This document shows positions 39,742-49,735 of a stretch of 64,000 nucleotides of DNA, piece after piece (position 1 is the first letter of the stretch; each line of letters begins with the position of its first letter). The DNA comes from an uncultured Candidatus Bathyarchaeia archaeon (lineage in GTDB: Archaea > Thermoproteota > Bathyarchaeia > Bathyarchaeales > Bathyarchaeaceae). A model generated the notes under the pieces. The model saw only the letters and a list, made by a program, of their open reading frames with translations, was not told where the DNA came from and ran no database searches. Where the stretch lies: NCBI GenBank assembly GCA_964399485.1, contig CAYNQS010000006.1, positions 27,656 through 91,655 on the forward strand, given 5' to 3'. Made by a program: the position numbers and the translations under genes.

Positions 39742-40404
39742 TCAGTCTCGACTTTCCTTTTCAATTGTCTTCTCTAGCTTTGAGATGGAGCGTTCTAGGG
39801 CACTTCTTCGAACCTCGATAGTGATGTCGCCTCTGGTGATTTCGATGAGGTGCCGGGCAACGTCGCCTTTTCTTCTCAGACCCTTAATGATTATGTAGGC
39901 GTCATCCAGAGCCGTCAATTCAGAATAGATGTGCTCCATCCTTTCCAGAGTCTTCTCAGCTGCCTCCACGTTTCCCCTCCGAATCAAATCGAGTGCTCTA
40001 CGTCTGAGCTCCCCAATGACGTCCCCTAAAGACAGCACATAAGGAGTCACGGGAACATCAATTTCTTTAGGACTTACAAATCGGTCTTCCTGAATCAACG
40101 TAAGCAATATGCGGGCTTCAGCATGCTCCTCAAAAGCGGCTCCAACAGAACCGCTGTAAAGCAGGTAGGGGTGATCTTTTGCTGTCTCCTGAAGCTTGGC
40201 GAAGAGGTTCTTCGCTTCTTTCAGCATGGCTTTAGCGTCATCAAATCTTTCTTGGTGAGCAAGCTGTATTGCCTGTTTAGAGAGACGCGATGCCTTTCGC
40301 ATGTCCCTCTGAACCTCTTCCCGAACTGTCTCTCTTCCATTCAGCTTTTCCTGAATCTTTTCCAGAATCTCCTTCAACGACATAAAGTTCACAGCCGGAA
40401 ACAC
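39742..40404 (-). CDS. Translin-family predicted RNA-binding protein (COG2178-like)
   Basis: 220 aa, all-helical. LSLGDVIGELRRRALD pattern. Confidence 0.6.
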   Translation of the reverse strand: MFPAVNFMSLKEILEKIQEKLNGRETVREEVQRDMRKASRLSKQAIQLAHQERFDDAKAMLKEAKNLFAKLQETAKDHPYLLYSGSVGAAFEEHAEARILLTLIQEDRFVSPKEIDVPVTPYVLSLGDVIGELRRRALDLIRRGNVEAAEKTLERMEHIYSELTALDDAYIIIKGLRRKGDVARHLIEITRGDITIEVRRSALERSISKLEKTIEKESRD

Positions 40405-40417
40405 TTCAAAAAGAAGC

Positions 40418-41374
40418 TTAGGCTAACTTAATAGGCTTTTCTAAGCGGCTAAGCAGAACCACCCTGCTATCCGCTGACTCATCCAGTGTATTGTAGCCCA
40501 TTTCATCAGCTAGCTGAGATGCGAACTCTCTGATTTCCCTGTGAGAGGGCATGTTGCTGCCGTCCAATCTTAGCCTCGAAAAGCCCACATGCATGTACGC
40601 TTTCGGCTCCACGTAGGTAGGGTTAGCCTTTCTGATTAGCTGAGCGTAAACTTCGGGGTTTTCCAGATTCACGTGCCGCGCCAGAGTCAACCTGATTACC
40701 GTGGGGCACTTGAAGCTAGGAAGCAACTCTAAGGTTTCGTTAAGTTTATTCCACGCGTCGGGAACATGGGGACGGCACACCTGAGTGAACGTTTTCTTGT
40801 CAAAGGCTGAAACCGAGATGTACAGTTGGGTGGGTTCCTCGCTTAAACTGGAGAGAGTCTCTGGAACGGTTCCGTTGGAGACCAAGAAGGTGGTGAAGCC
40901 TCGTCTGTGAAAGCCTTTGATTAAACCGTCCAGATTTGGGTAGAGGGTGGGTTCCCCTGCCAAGCTGATGGCTGCATGTTTGGGCGTGGCTGCCTCTAAG
41001 CGTTTAGTTTGGTCCGCGTTGGGGGTTGCTTTGTATCCTGTTAATATCCGTTTCTGCTCTCGGATGCACCCCTCGATTATGTCCTCAGGGTCATCCCATT
41101 CTGGCAGCCGGGTTTCGTCCCATCGTAAGTTGTGGTCTCCGCTCTGGGCGCGCCAACAAAAAACGCAGCTTAGGGTACAATGAAAAACTGATGGCGTCAT
41201 CTGGAGGCACTGGTGACTCTTTATTCCATAAAACTTCTGTTTGTAGCAGCTTCTGTCCTGAACTATGCTGTTGTAGAGCCACCTGCACCGTTTCACAGCC
41301 GAGTGATTACCCACCAGATGATACTTCTGCCGCCGTAGCATGGCAATTATCTCGTCAGGAACCAAAGATTGCAA
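40418..41374 (-). CDS. taw1: 4-demethylwyosine synthase (radical SAM, TYW1/Taw1)
   Basis: 318 aa. YHLVGNHSAVKRCRWL, FYGIKSHQCLQMTP, CVFCWR cluster. Confidence 0.8.
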   Translation of the reverse strand: MQSLVPDEIIAMLRRQKYHLVGNHSAVKRCRWLYNSIVQDRSCYKQKFYGIKSHQCLQMTPSVFHCTLSCVFCWRAQSGDHNLRWDETRLPEWDDPEDIIEGCIREQKRILTGYKATPNADQTKRLEAATPKHAAISLAGEPTLYPNLDGLIKGFHRRGFTTFLVSNGTVPETLSSLSEEPTQLYISVSAFDKKTFTQVCRPHVPDAWNKLNETLELLPSFKCPTVIRLTLARHVNLENPEVYAQLIRKANPTYVEPKAYMHVGFSRLRLDGSNMPSHREIREFASQLADEMGYNTLDESADSRVVLLSRLEKPIKLA

Positions 41375-41459
41375 CGTTTTCAGCCAGCCAATCTGTTAGA
41401 AGGATAAAGATTAAATCGTGGTAATAAAATCTACGTGGTGCTGAAAGAGGTGTAAAGGC

Positions 41460-41747
41460 GTGAGTTACAAGAAAATTGTTAAAATGATTCCCGTTGAAAA
41501 ACGAGAACAACTTTCAGACAAACTCCTGAACTATCTGCTAAAAACCAAAAATGAAAAAAATATGCCCAGCAGCATGGCAAACTGTTTCCTCAGCCAATGG
41601 CAAACAGGCACATTCGAAGACGAAACTGGTCTTTCAGTCCTCCTTGAGGCAACTGCGCTGGTTGAACTTGAAAAAACCACAGCGTTTCTGGAGCAGGAAC
41701 TGCAGTTGGCTGACGTAGCCAAAGCTGTTAAAGAGGCTGCAACATAA
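41460..41747 (+). CDS. Hypothetical protein
   Basis: 95-aa ORF (GTG start) in the gap before the LLM oxidoreductase. No family recognised. Confidence 0.35.
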   Translation: MSYKKIVKMIPVEKREQLSDKLLNYLLKTKNEKNMPSSMANCFLSQWQTGTFEDETGLSVLLEATALVELEKTTAFLEQELQLADVAKAVKEAAT

Positions 41748-41761
41748 GGAGTTGTTTTAAT

Positions 41762-42757
41762 ATGGTAAAGTTTGGAATAGAATTTGTTCCCAAAGAAGCT
41801 TACTGGAAAACAGTCTATTACGCTATCCAGTCTGAGAAGAGAGGCTTCGACAACCTATGGATAACAGACCACTACAACAACCGCAACGTATACACTACTT
41901 TGGCGGCAACGGCAATATACACCAAAAAAATCGTGTTTGGTCCAGGAGTAACCAACCCCTTCCTTGTCAACCCACTCATGACTACCCAGTCTCTAGCTTC
42001 GCTGGATGAAATGGCTCCGGGACGAGTGGTGTTAGGCATGGGCGCAGGAGACAAAACCACCCTCGCATCCACAGGAATAGAAGCAAAGAAGCAACTGTCA
42101 GCAGTTGTGGACGCCATCGCAATCTTCAAGGCGATGCTGGAAGGAAAAAGCGTCACCTACGAAGGCAACGTTTTTCAAGTGAAGGGCACCAGATTCAACT
42201 TTAAACCCAGAGGACAGATTCCAGTTTACATCGGAGCGCAGGGACCCAAGATGCTTGCGACCGCTGGTAAAATCGGCGACGGCGTATTGATAAACGCTTC
42301 CCACCCCAAGGACATAGATTACGCTGTTGGGCAGATAAAAATGGGAGTCAAGGAAGCGGGAAAGAAGATATCCGACGTAGATGTCACAGCCTACACGTCT
42401 TTCTCGGTGGACAAGAAGCCTGAGAAAGCGATGCAGGCGGCTTCTCCAGTGGTTGCATTCATAGTTGCTGGCAGCCCAAACGTGATTCTTGAGAGGCATG
42501 GAATAGACTTGGCTAAGGCAGACAAGATTCGGTCAGCCCTGGCGAAAGGAGACTTCGGCGGAGCTTTCGGTTCAGTTTCTCCAAAGATGATGGAAGCCTT
42601 TTGTATAGCCGGCACCCCTGACATGTGCAACGAAAAGATCAATAGACTGCTTAAGGCAGGAATAACCCAGTTCGTTGTAGGGTCACCAGTAGGTCCAAAC
42701 GTGCGAAAATCAATTGACCTCATAAGCGAACAGGTAATACCCCACTTCAAAGAGTAA
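41762..42757 (+). CDS. Luciferase-like (LLM) F420-dependent oxidoreductase, Mer-like
   Basis: 331 aa. MVKFGIEFVP N-terminus, LWITDHYN and GAGD patterns of the LLM class. Confidence 0.7.
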   Translation: MVKFGIEFVPKEAYWKTVYYAIQSEKRGFDNLWITDHYNNRNVYTTLAATAIYTKKIVFGPGVTNPFLVNPLMTTQSLASLDEMAPGRVVLGMGAGDKTTLASTGIEAKKQLSAVVDAIAIFKAMLEGKSVTYEGNVFQVKGTRFNFKPRGQIPVYIGAQGPKMLATAGKIGDGVLINASHPKDIDYAVGQIKMGVKEAGKKISDVDVTAYTSFSVDKKPEKAMQAASPVVAFIVAGSPNVILERHGIDLAKADKIRSALAKGDFGGAFGSVSPKMMEAFCIAGTPDMCNEKINRLLKAGITQFVVGSPVGPNVRKSIDLISEQVIPHFKE

Positions 42758-42978
42758 ACAATACCAAAACATGAATCCGACTAGGCAACCCAAAGGTTAG
42801 CCCTTGTAGAAGAGGCGCTAACTTCACCTACTTCGTTCCTATGTGCTTGCCAAAATAATCCTGAGTTTAAAGGTGAAGCGGAAAAGCAAAAAATTTATAA
42901 CTTTCATTGGTTGAAGCATAGTTTGCTGATGGCTTTAACTTCAAAGAATTTTTGCTTATGTGAAGGACGTGGCACATA

Positions 42979-43266
42979 TTGGCTGAAACAAAATATTGTT
43001 CTCCCAAATGTCGTTTATTTAGATGCGTAAAAAGAGCAGTCATCTACCAAGGAAACAAAGTGTGGTGCAGATGGACCGATGAAGAATGCAACATAGCAAA
43101 CTGCAGCTACGCCACATGCGCAAGGAGACAGCTGCTGCCCGGCGGGGTATGCGGCGAATCCGTGAAACGCAAAACAGTTGAGAGGACACTTGAAGAAGAC
43201 CTGATTCCATCTGTGAAACTCAGAGGCAAAGCGTTACGAAAACTAGGAGAAAAAGAAATCTTCTAG
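42979..43266 (+). CDS. Small Cys-rich hypothetical protein
   Basis: 95-aa ORF with about eight Cys (CSPKCRLFRC...CNIANCSYATC). Non-ATG start. Confidence 0.35.
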   Translation: MAETKYCSPKCRLFRCVKRAVIYQGNKVWCRWTDEECNIANCSYATCARRQLLPGGVCGESVKRKTVERTLEEDLIPSVKLRGKALRKLGEKEIF

Positions 43267-43292
43267 GGTTTTAGTTGCTTGCCTGAAAACCG

Positions 43293-43844
43293 TTAAGGCA
43301 CAAAAACCGCTGCTGCCAGAACCGTTGTCCACTGACCAGTTTTTTCTCCCTTCGCTGACTGCGTTATGTTACTGGTTTTGATGATCATTCCGCTGGTTTT
43401 GAAGATCTGCTTCTTCTCGTCCCAAGCTTTGTCAGAATCAAAGGGAATCCCCATTGTTGTCGCCAGCATCGTTGCCGCCAAATCCTCTGCATAGTCTCCC
43501 GCTGCTTCGGCTGATTGACCGCAGGAATGATGCTCAGAGAGATACCCGTAACTGTCCTTGTTTGACGGAATCGCAACTCCGATAGAAGCTGCGATTAACC
43601 GTTGGGGCTCCTTAACAGAGTTTTTGGATAAAACCGCAAAAGTTATTTCTCCAGGTTTCAGCCGCTTCAAGCCTTGCTCTTTCGGGATCAGTTTGCATCC
43701 TGGCGGTATTATGCTTGAAACAGTCACTATGTTGCATCTGTGGATTCCTGCGCTTCGCAAGGCTAACTCAAAGGATGCCAAACACTCCTTATGGCTGCCC
43801 ACGCCCTTGGTTAGGAACATGTATTTTGGAATCATAAAGGTCAC
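43293..43844 (-). CDS. pdaD: Pyruvoyl-dependent arginine decarboxylase
   Basis: 183 aa. [11 protein letters not shown] and VTVSSIIPP (Ser-Ser self-cleavage site) pattern. Confidence 0.8.
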   Translation of the reverse strand: MTFMIPKYMFLTKGVGSHKECLASFELALRSAGIHRCNIVTVSSIIPPGCKLIPKEQGLKRLKPGEITFAVLSKNSVKEPQRLIAASIGVAIPSNKDSYGYLSEHHSCGQSAEAAGDYAEDLAATMLATTMGIPFDSDKAWDEKKQIFKTSGMIIKTSNITQSAKGEKTGQWTTVLAAAVFVP

Positions 43845-43895
43845 TACTCTGAAGAGAGTTTATTTAGGCTTTCTTTGTTTAGCCAAAAACCCAAG

Positions 43896-44066
43896 TTATC
43901 CTGTAGAGACCCGCTTCACTACTGGCGGTCTCTTCTTCTTGAGAACATGGTAACCGCAAAAGGTGCATTTTATTCCCCCACCGCGCAACTCAAGCTCTTC
44001 TGTTCTAACTTTGGCGCCGCATTTCACGCATTCATAAGTTAGTCCACGTGAAGCCTTCTTTGACAT
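43896..44066 (-). CDS. rpoP: DNA-directed RNA polymerase subunit P (Rpo12)
   Basis: From the internal ATG at 44066: MSKKASRGLTYECVKCGAKV...IKCTFCGYHVLKKKRPP, a Zn-ribbon with a basic tail. The 86-aa ORF-track version has an implausible N-terminal extension. Confidence 0.6.
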   Translation of the reverse strand: MSKKASRGLTYECVKCGAKVRTEELELRGGGIKCTFCGYHVLKKKRPPVVKRVSTG

Positions 44067-44180
44067 TACATATGCCTCTAAACTGGGTAACCATGTTTCA
44101 CAGGATTTAAATGTTTTCCATTTCGAAAACACAGCAACACCAAATAAAAGAAACAAGTCATCAAACGCGTAGCTGTTTTC

Positions 44181-45140
44181 TCAGAGATTTAAAATCATCT
44201 CCGCTAAGACTTTTGCGCCGTCTTTCAACGCTGGAATTTTGTTGTTCTTCGCCTCTTCTATGGCATCTACCAAACTTTCCACAGTAACGTCTGAAAGAAA
44301 TGTGGCGCCCACTTTTTTGGCGAAAATTTCAGAGTCTCTTCTTGGAAAAGTGCGTTTCAGCTCTGGGTTTGGCACTATGACTGAGGGCTTCTTGTAGACA
44401 ACAGCTTCCAACGGGGTGGAGCCTTGATGGGTTACAACAACCTCTGCGCCTGCAATAAGCTCATGAAAGTTTAAGGAAAAATCTAGGACCTTCCATTCCG
44501 GATGGCGCTTCCTGTAGGGTTCAGGGTCGACTTCTCCTGTCTGCAAAACCACATTCTTCAGGTCACTTTCGTTTAATACATCAAACAGGCGCTTGTGTCC
44601 CAGGGTTCCTCCAGTCACCAAAACGTAGCCTCCATTCCAAGGCTCGATTTCGGGTTTCGCAAAAATAGGACCAACCACAGTGCCTTTCAGGAAGTTTTTC
44701 TGTTCAGTCCACTGTAAGGCTGTGATTGCTGAGAGGGGCTGCAGAATGCGGGCTGTCTTGGATGCTCCAATGAAACGAGCCTCTCCCTCGATGTTCACTA
44801 TGGGAATTCCCTTCAAAAAGGCGACCAAGGCTGGGGGGATACAGAAGTTGCTGCCGGTGCTTACAACAGCGTCAAAGTTTCCCTTGACTTTCTTCATTGA
44901 ATTCGCGAGTGCTCTGGCTAGATTATAGGTGAACTTGTTTGTTGGAGTTTTGGCTCCCCGCGACTTCAGAAGGTAGTCCACATTGCCGAACTTGCCTAAT
45001 CTTTTGTGGCTTAATGTGTCTCCTTCTGGAATCAAAAAAAGCATGAATGCCTTATCTTCCAGCCTCTGGGCTAACGCATAAGCGAAGCCGGTGTGTCCTC
45101 CACCACCTGCCAGTATCAAGACGCGTTTCTCTTTTTCCAA
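44181..45140 (-). CDS. GT28/MurG-like (Alg14/Alg13-like) glycosyltransferase
   Basis: 319 aa. ILAGGGGHTGFAYALAQRL N-terminus and C-terminal VVTHQGSTPLEA motif. Confidence 0.5.
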   Translation of the reverse strand: MEKEKRVLILAGGGGHTGFAYALAQRLEDKAFMLFLIPEGDTLSHKRLGKFGNVDYLLKSRGAKTPTNKFTYNLARALANSMKKVKGNFDAVVSTGSNFCIPPALVAFLKGIPIVNIEGEARFIGASKTARILQPLSAITALQWTEQKNFLKGTVVGPIFAKPEIEPWNGGYVLVTGGTLGHKRLFDVLNESDLKNVVLQTGEVDPEPYRKRHPEWKVLDFSLNFHELIAGAEVVVTHQGSTPLEAVVYKKPSVIVPNPELKRTFPRRDSEIFAKKVGATFLSDVTVESLVDAIEEAKNNKIPALKDGAKVLAEMILNL

Positions 45141-45287
45141 GAACGCTCAGCCAAGCGAGTTTTTGACTCCAACAGAATATAAAGTTGTGCATGCCTCATC
45201 AAGCTTGAATTGTTGCGTTTAGGGGGAGACAAGTGCTAAATATCTGAGGGGAACATACATTTTTCCACGTTTGGAGTTGTTTTATGT

Positions 45288-45839
45288 ATGGCAAGGCGTC
45301 GAAGACCGTCCATCCCGCTTATAATCCTCTTCATTGTACTCTTGTTACTGTTTCTGTTTGCAGGTGCACTAGTTGAATTCATGAGTAAGTGGGCAGCTCA
45401 AGGAACGTTTACATTTAGCTATACGACAGGGAAAGATCCAATAGTGTCCATCGATTACACGTTGCCCCGAGATTTAGCTGACGCAATTGCTCCACAACAA
45501 GTAGAAGGATGGACTGTCAACTTAGAGGATAACATTCTCAGCTTGACGGATGGAACCTTGAATGTAGGAGAATCAGTTACGGTTGGTTATCGGCTGACGC
45601 GGTATATAAAAGGAGGCACAAGGGTTATCACAGCAACTGCCACGACAGCAAATGACGCCACATCAACTACCGAAAATTCCTTGGATGTGCCTGAAGTGTT
45701 TCTTTTAGCCCTTGCAGAGATGCTGTATCAAAATGCAATCTGGCTGCTGATACTTGCCATAATAGTGCTCGTGATCATAATTGTCCTATTCATTAGAGGC
45801 GAGAAGAAGGACGAAGAGCAGGAACAAAAAGAAGAATAA
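45288..45839 (+). CDS. Membrane-anchored hypothetical surface protein
   Basis: 183 aa. N-terminal and C-terminal TM helices, acidic/basic tail (KKDEEQEQKEE). Confidence 0.4.
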   Translation: MARRRRPSIPLIILFIVLLLLFLFAGALVEFMSKWAAQGTFTFSYTTGKDPIVSIDYTLPRDLADAIAPQQVEGWTVNLEDNILSLTDGTLNVGESVTVGYRLTRYIKGGTRVITATATTANDATSTTENSLDVPEVFLLALAEMLYQNAIWLLILAIIVLVIIIVLFIRGEKKDEEQEQKEE

Positions 45840-45979
45840 CGAGTATAATAAGCTCTCAAAAGCCAATGTGGATACAAACAGGAACATCTGCAACTCCCAT
45901 TTTTTGATTTTTATGTATAAAGAGAATGCCATAAAGGATGCAGAGGCAGTACAAACAGGCAAGAGTGTAAAATAAGGCA

Positions 45980-47524
45980 CTAGCTAATAGGAAATTTTTG
46001 CCTTTTTTTAAAGACTAAAAATCCGATAACCAGCATCAAGGCGACTATACCCAGCGCTGCTAAAAGGGGATAGAGAATAGAAGCTGTCTCTTTTGCGATA
46101 GACCATATTCTCAAATCAGGATCGCATAAACCGGACATGCCCATGCAGCCAACAGTCACTATTTCAACGGTGCCATCTTCATCCACATCACCGGTAGCGA
46201 CGTTCCAGGCGACAACGCCATCGCCGATTGTCCAATCTTTGTTTTGTTTCAATGTTAAAGTCTCGCCGTTCCAGTTCCAGACCCTAAGCTGAGCCGCATT
46301 TGGAGTAGCCTCAGTGTTGTTGAAGCTTCCGTAAACTGAGGTTAACCCGCTGGTCACGATGTCTACATGCTCATCGTCGTCAACATCATCTATTGCTATG
46401 GCTTTGATTTCCGTAATGTCTTCCGTAATCCACTCGTGGCTTTTCTCCAAAATCAAGGTGTGCCCATTCCAATTCCAGATTCTGAGTTGTGCATTAATTT
46501 TTTCGCCGTCATACGTCCATCCGCCTGTGACTATCTCTGGGGTGTCATCGTCGTCAATGTCGCCTACTTTCAAATTGTTAACCATAGTGTTTCCCATAGG
46601 GCTTCCACTAATTGTCACTCCACAAACACCCTCAACCATGCGCCACTCCTCATTCGCTTCCAAGATCAGCTCTGTTCCATTCCAATGCCAGATACGCAGT
46701 TGACCGCTACTATTCGTCAGGTCGTTATCGTAGCCTCCTGTGATGATTTCAGTTTCGCCATCATTATCCAAATCGTAGGCGTTCACTGAATACGCATATG
46801 CTTCATTCATGGTGCACCATTCTACGCTCTTCTTTAAATCGAGCCTATTGCCATCCCACTGCCATATGCATAGTTGCGCAGAAGATTTGAGTTCGCCATG
46901 TGCTATGCCAGCTGTGAGTATTTCTGGTGCACCGTCTTGGTCCACATCGTTGATGAATATTGAACTAAACGATACATCTTCACATTCGTAGCTGCCTTTC
47001 AAGACTAAGACTTCGCCGTCGTAGCTCCATACTCTAAGCGAGATGTAAATACCAGTACTGTTGGTAACGTGTCCTGCAGTGACTATTTCGTTTGATTCGT
47101 CGCCATCCAAGTCAGCAACATAAATTGAGTGAATTGAGCCTATCCAATTGTGGCTTTTTTCACACGTAATTTTTTCTCCATTCCAGTTCCAGATTCTAAG
47201 CGGAGCCTCCACGCTTATTCTTGTATCGTTTTCCACGTAATACATGATACCGCCAGTAACCATTTCTATAACTCCATCACTGTCAACGTCGCCTACGAAA
47301 AAGTTGTGTGTATTAAAATTGCAGGTGCCGCCCACGCCATAGGTTTCCCAATGTTGTTCCCACTCCAGAACTAGCCCACCAGGCTCGGCTCTCACGTTAC
47401 AATTTAGGGAAAAAACGAAAACAAGAAGCAGTAAGGTGAATACAACGTAATTGCGGGGACGATACATCATATGGTTTTTTGCTTCAAAGAGACTTATTAG
47501 ATTACCGCGCAAAAACGGGTACAA
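45980..47524 (-). CDS. FG-GAP/VCBS-type seven-repeat beta-propeller surface protein with C-terminal TM anchor
   Basis: 514 aa. Seven DxDxDG-like Ca-binding motifs (DVDSDGVIEMVTGG, DLDGDESNEIVTAG, DVDQDGAPEILTAG, ...), each followed by LR[IV]W(N/S/H)W(N/D)G. C-terminal hydrophobic helix. Confidence 0.75.
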   Translation of the reverse strand: MYPFLRGNLISLFEAKNHMMYRPRNYVVFTLLLLVFVFSLNCNVRAEPGGLVLEWEQHWETYGVGGTCNFNTHNFFVGDVDSDGVIEMVTGGIMYYVENDTRISVEAPLRIWNWNGEKITCEKSHNWIGSIHSIYVADLDGDESNEIVTAGHVTNSTGIYISLRVWSYDGEVLVLKGSYECEDVSFSSIFINDVDQDGAPEILTAGIAHGELKSSAQLCIWQWDGNRLDLKKSVEWCTMNEAYAYSVNAYDLDNDGETEIITGGYDNDLTNSSGQLRIWHWNGTELILEANEEWRMVEGVCGVTISGSPMGNTMVNNLKVGDIDDDDTPEIVTGGWTYDGEKINAQLRIWNWNGHTLILEKSHEWITEDITEIKAIAIDDVDDDEHVDIVTSGLTSVYGSFNNTEATPNAAQLRVWNWNGETLTLKQNKDWTIGDGVVAWNVATGDVDEDGTVEIVTVGCMGMSGLCDPDLRIWSIAKETASILYPLLAALGIVALMLVIGFLVFKKRQKFPIS

Positions 47525-47613
47525 AGGTGCAATGGTAGCGCAAAAGAGTGAGATTTCAACTCATGATATAGGAATATTTCTTCCGCAACTCCCAAGTTTT
47601 TAAATGAAAACAG

Positions 47614-48048
47614 TTATGCTGTGTCGTCGGTTACGAAGTTGTTTCCTCTGGCTGAAAGGAAGTTGAATTGATATTTGCATCCCGAAATCCAGCCAACATC
47701 GTTGAGCGTTACTGTTTGGCTTTCTCCAGCCCTAATGGTGACATCCAAATTGTCAACTAGTTGATCAACGTTGTTGCCAGTCACTTTTACTGCACGAATT
47801 GTGACAGCATAACTTCCAGGGTTCGCTATAGTTAATACTATTTGGTTGTCTGAAGCACCTGACGTTCCTTGATAGAAGATGTCGGAAACCCACAAAGCTT
47901 CTGTTTCCATAGAGTTAGCAGACAATATGGTGATCCAACCGCTTACTGCTAAGCCTAAAGCAACGGTAACAGACAGCAAAATCACGGAGGCAATTGCCAC
48001 GCTCATTCCTTTACTATCCAATTTTTTTTCTTTTTGTTTAGAGGGCAA
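47614..48048 (-). CDS. Archaeal type IV pilin-like protein (class III signal peptide)
   Basis: 144 aa. Basic N-terminus then KG|MSVAIASVILLSVTVALGLAV hydrophobic stretch, typical of prepilin peptidase substrates. Confidence 0.6.
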   Translation of the reverse strand: MPSKQKEKKLDSKGMSVAIASVILLSVTVALGLAVSGWITILSANSMETEALWVSDIFYQGTSGASDNQIVLTIANPGSYAVTIRAVKVTGNNVDQLVDNLDVTIRAGESQTVTLNDVGWISGCKYQFNFLSARGNNFVTDDTA

Positions 48049-48226
48049 GGTAATTACCTTCCATCATAAGACCGAATTCATATAATATATCGTGATATAT
48101 AATATATCATAAACCGATATAAAAAACTAATTGTGAATTTCACCCCTAGAGACCTCTACGCACGTCTCCACTTGCGAAGATAACTGTTATTTATTCCGTC
48201 ACTTGGTGACGGTTCTAAAATCCCTC

Positions 48227-48256
48227 TTTTTTAAGGTTAAATTTTAACCAAAAAAA
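48227..48256. repeat. PAL element copy 1 (A/T-flanked variant)
   Basis: TTTTTTAAGGTTAAATTTTAACCAAAAAAA. The core GGTTAAATTTTAACC (48235-48249) is a perfect dyad around a central T. Confidence 0.6.
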
Positions 48257-48386
48257 TGAGTGCGTGTGGAAGTGGACTGGATGAAAGTGTTGAGAACTGC
48301 TACACTCAGGAATGGCGTGTCCTGAATTTTGTGGGGTGTCCTGCTACGCAGTATCAAGTCTGAGGTCAGGAGTGGATACTTGGGCT

Positions 48387-48419
48387 GGTTGGGTTAAATT
48401 TTAGCCCCCAAACCCAAAC
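48387..48419. repeat. PAL element copy 2
   Basis: GGTTGGGTTAAATTTTAGCCCCCAAACCCAAAC. Lies 84 nt downstream of the stop of the 48503-49666 ORF. Confidence 0.85.
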
Positions 48420-48502
48420 TTTCCTTGTGTGCACAATTGCCACGTTGGTTTCATAAAGCGTCGTAGCAGAACTAGCCAAGAGTCCAACTTTTCAATTGGG
48501 GA

Positions 48503-49666
48503 TTAAGATTCTGACCTTTCTCGCTTAATTATTAACTCTCCCTTTAAATATTGTTGGTTATACATTTTCTTGATCCTTAGAATATTCTTGGCCCTCTCTT
48601 CAGTTTCTTTCTCATAGATTTCAATTTCCCCATCAAAAAGACCTAATATGGCTTGTACTTGATCCGGAGAATGCATAAGCGGATTAATCAGAGCAAGAAT
48701 GGTGAATCCTTTTGATTTCAACTCAGAAACAAGTCTTCTTACCCATTTTCTAGTTATTATAGAGCCATGCTGAAGTAAAACGTCCGAAATGATATCTATA
48801 CAAATACGCTTAGCTACACTAGACGTTGATTCCAGCCTTCGAAGGGATTTGGTCAACGCAATATCAATATTTGATAGATTATTAACTCCTTCTAGATTGA
48901 ATACATTGGGTAAGCTCGTATTAGATTTATTTGCACATGGATTGGAAAGAAAAAGATAAAAATTTCCAGGATGTTCTTCGGCTAAAGACCTCCCATTTTC
49001 TGAGTCTAGAGAAAGGTAAAACGTCACTTCGCCTACATTAATTCCTGCTCTCAAAAAATTCTTAATTAGAATTTCCCGTTCATCATTGGAAGGTGAAGTT
49101 ATTATAACGGCGTATCTTTCAGGTAAGCCTCCGAACAAAAAATTGTCTAAATCTTTGTATCCAGTTGAAATACGTTTTGGAGAAATAAATTCATTTTCGT
49201 ATCGAGCTAGGTTTACTTTAATTTGGTTTTTTTCAGAAGGTTCTTCATTTTCAGTAGGTGGGATAAAGGCTGATCCGAAAATGTTAGCTTTTTTAGAAGA
49301 AATTTTACCTACAAGCTTACTCTTTAACTGTTCTATCTCATTCTCAAAAATTTCCCTGTCTCCAGAAGTGGATTCTCTTCCTAAACTATCAATAAGATAA
49401 TCGAAATGAACAGTAATCAATCTATTAGAATACGATTGTGAATTTTCCAAAGGATTAAATGAAATCTTAAGATTAATATCATAATCTTTAAACTCGGTTG
49501 AAGAGTCGTTCTGAAGGCTCATCCGTTTTTTAAATATAAGGAGTCTAGGTTTAATCGAGTCTTTTTGAGCATACTTAAGATTTAAAAAAAAATCCCTCGA
49601 AATATTATATGCTCTTGTTACATGCATGCATGCAGAGTCAATTATAAAGGAGTCAGATATTTTCAC
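48503..49666 (-). CDS. KaiC/RecA-fold ATPase-like protein with degenerate Walker A and unknown N-terminal domain
   Basis: 387 aa. RISTGYKDLDNFLFGGLPERYAVIITSPSNDERE aligns with the KaiC-type TG(I)xxLDxxLGGGxxxGxxxLIxGxxGxGKT, but GxxGxGKT is replaced by SPSNDERE. Visibly AT-rich. Confidence 0.55.
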   Translation of the reverse strand: MKISDSFIIDSACMHVTRAYNISRDFFLNLKYAQKDSIKPRLLIFKKRMSLQNDSSTEFKDYDINLKISFNPLENSQSYSNRLITVHFDYLIDSLGRESTSGDREIFENEIEQLKSKLVGKISSKKANIFGSAFIPPTENEEPSEKNQIKVNLARYENEFISPKRISTGYKDLDNFLFGGLPERYAVIITSPSNDEREILIKNFLRAGINVGEVTFYLSLDSENGRSLAEEHPGNFYLFLSNPCANKSNTSLPNVFNLEGVNNLSNIDIALTKSLRRLESTSSVAKRICIDIISDVLLQHGSIITRKWVRRLVSELKSKGFTILALINPLMHSPDQVQAILGLFDGEIEIYEKETEERAKNILRIKKMYNQQYLKGELIIKRERSES

Positions 49667-49735
49667 TGGGAATCCAACATCCTAAATTTTTAGGAACAAT
49701 AGAATATAAAACTTGTTAGAATTAGATGATTCTTT

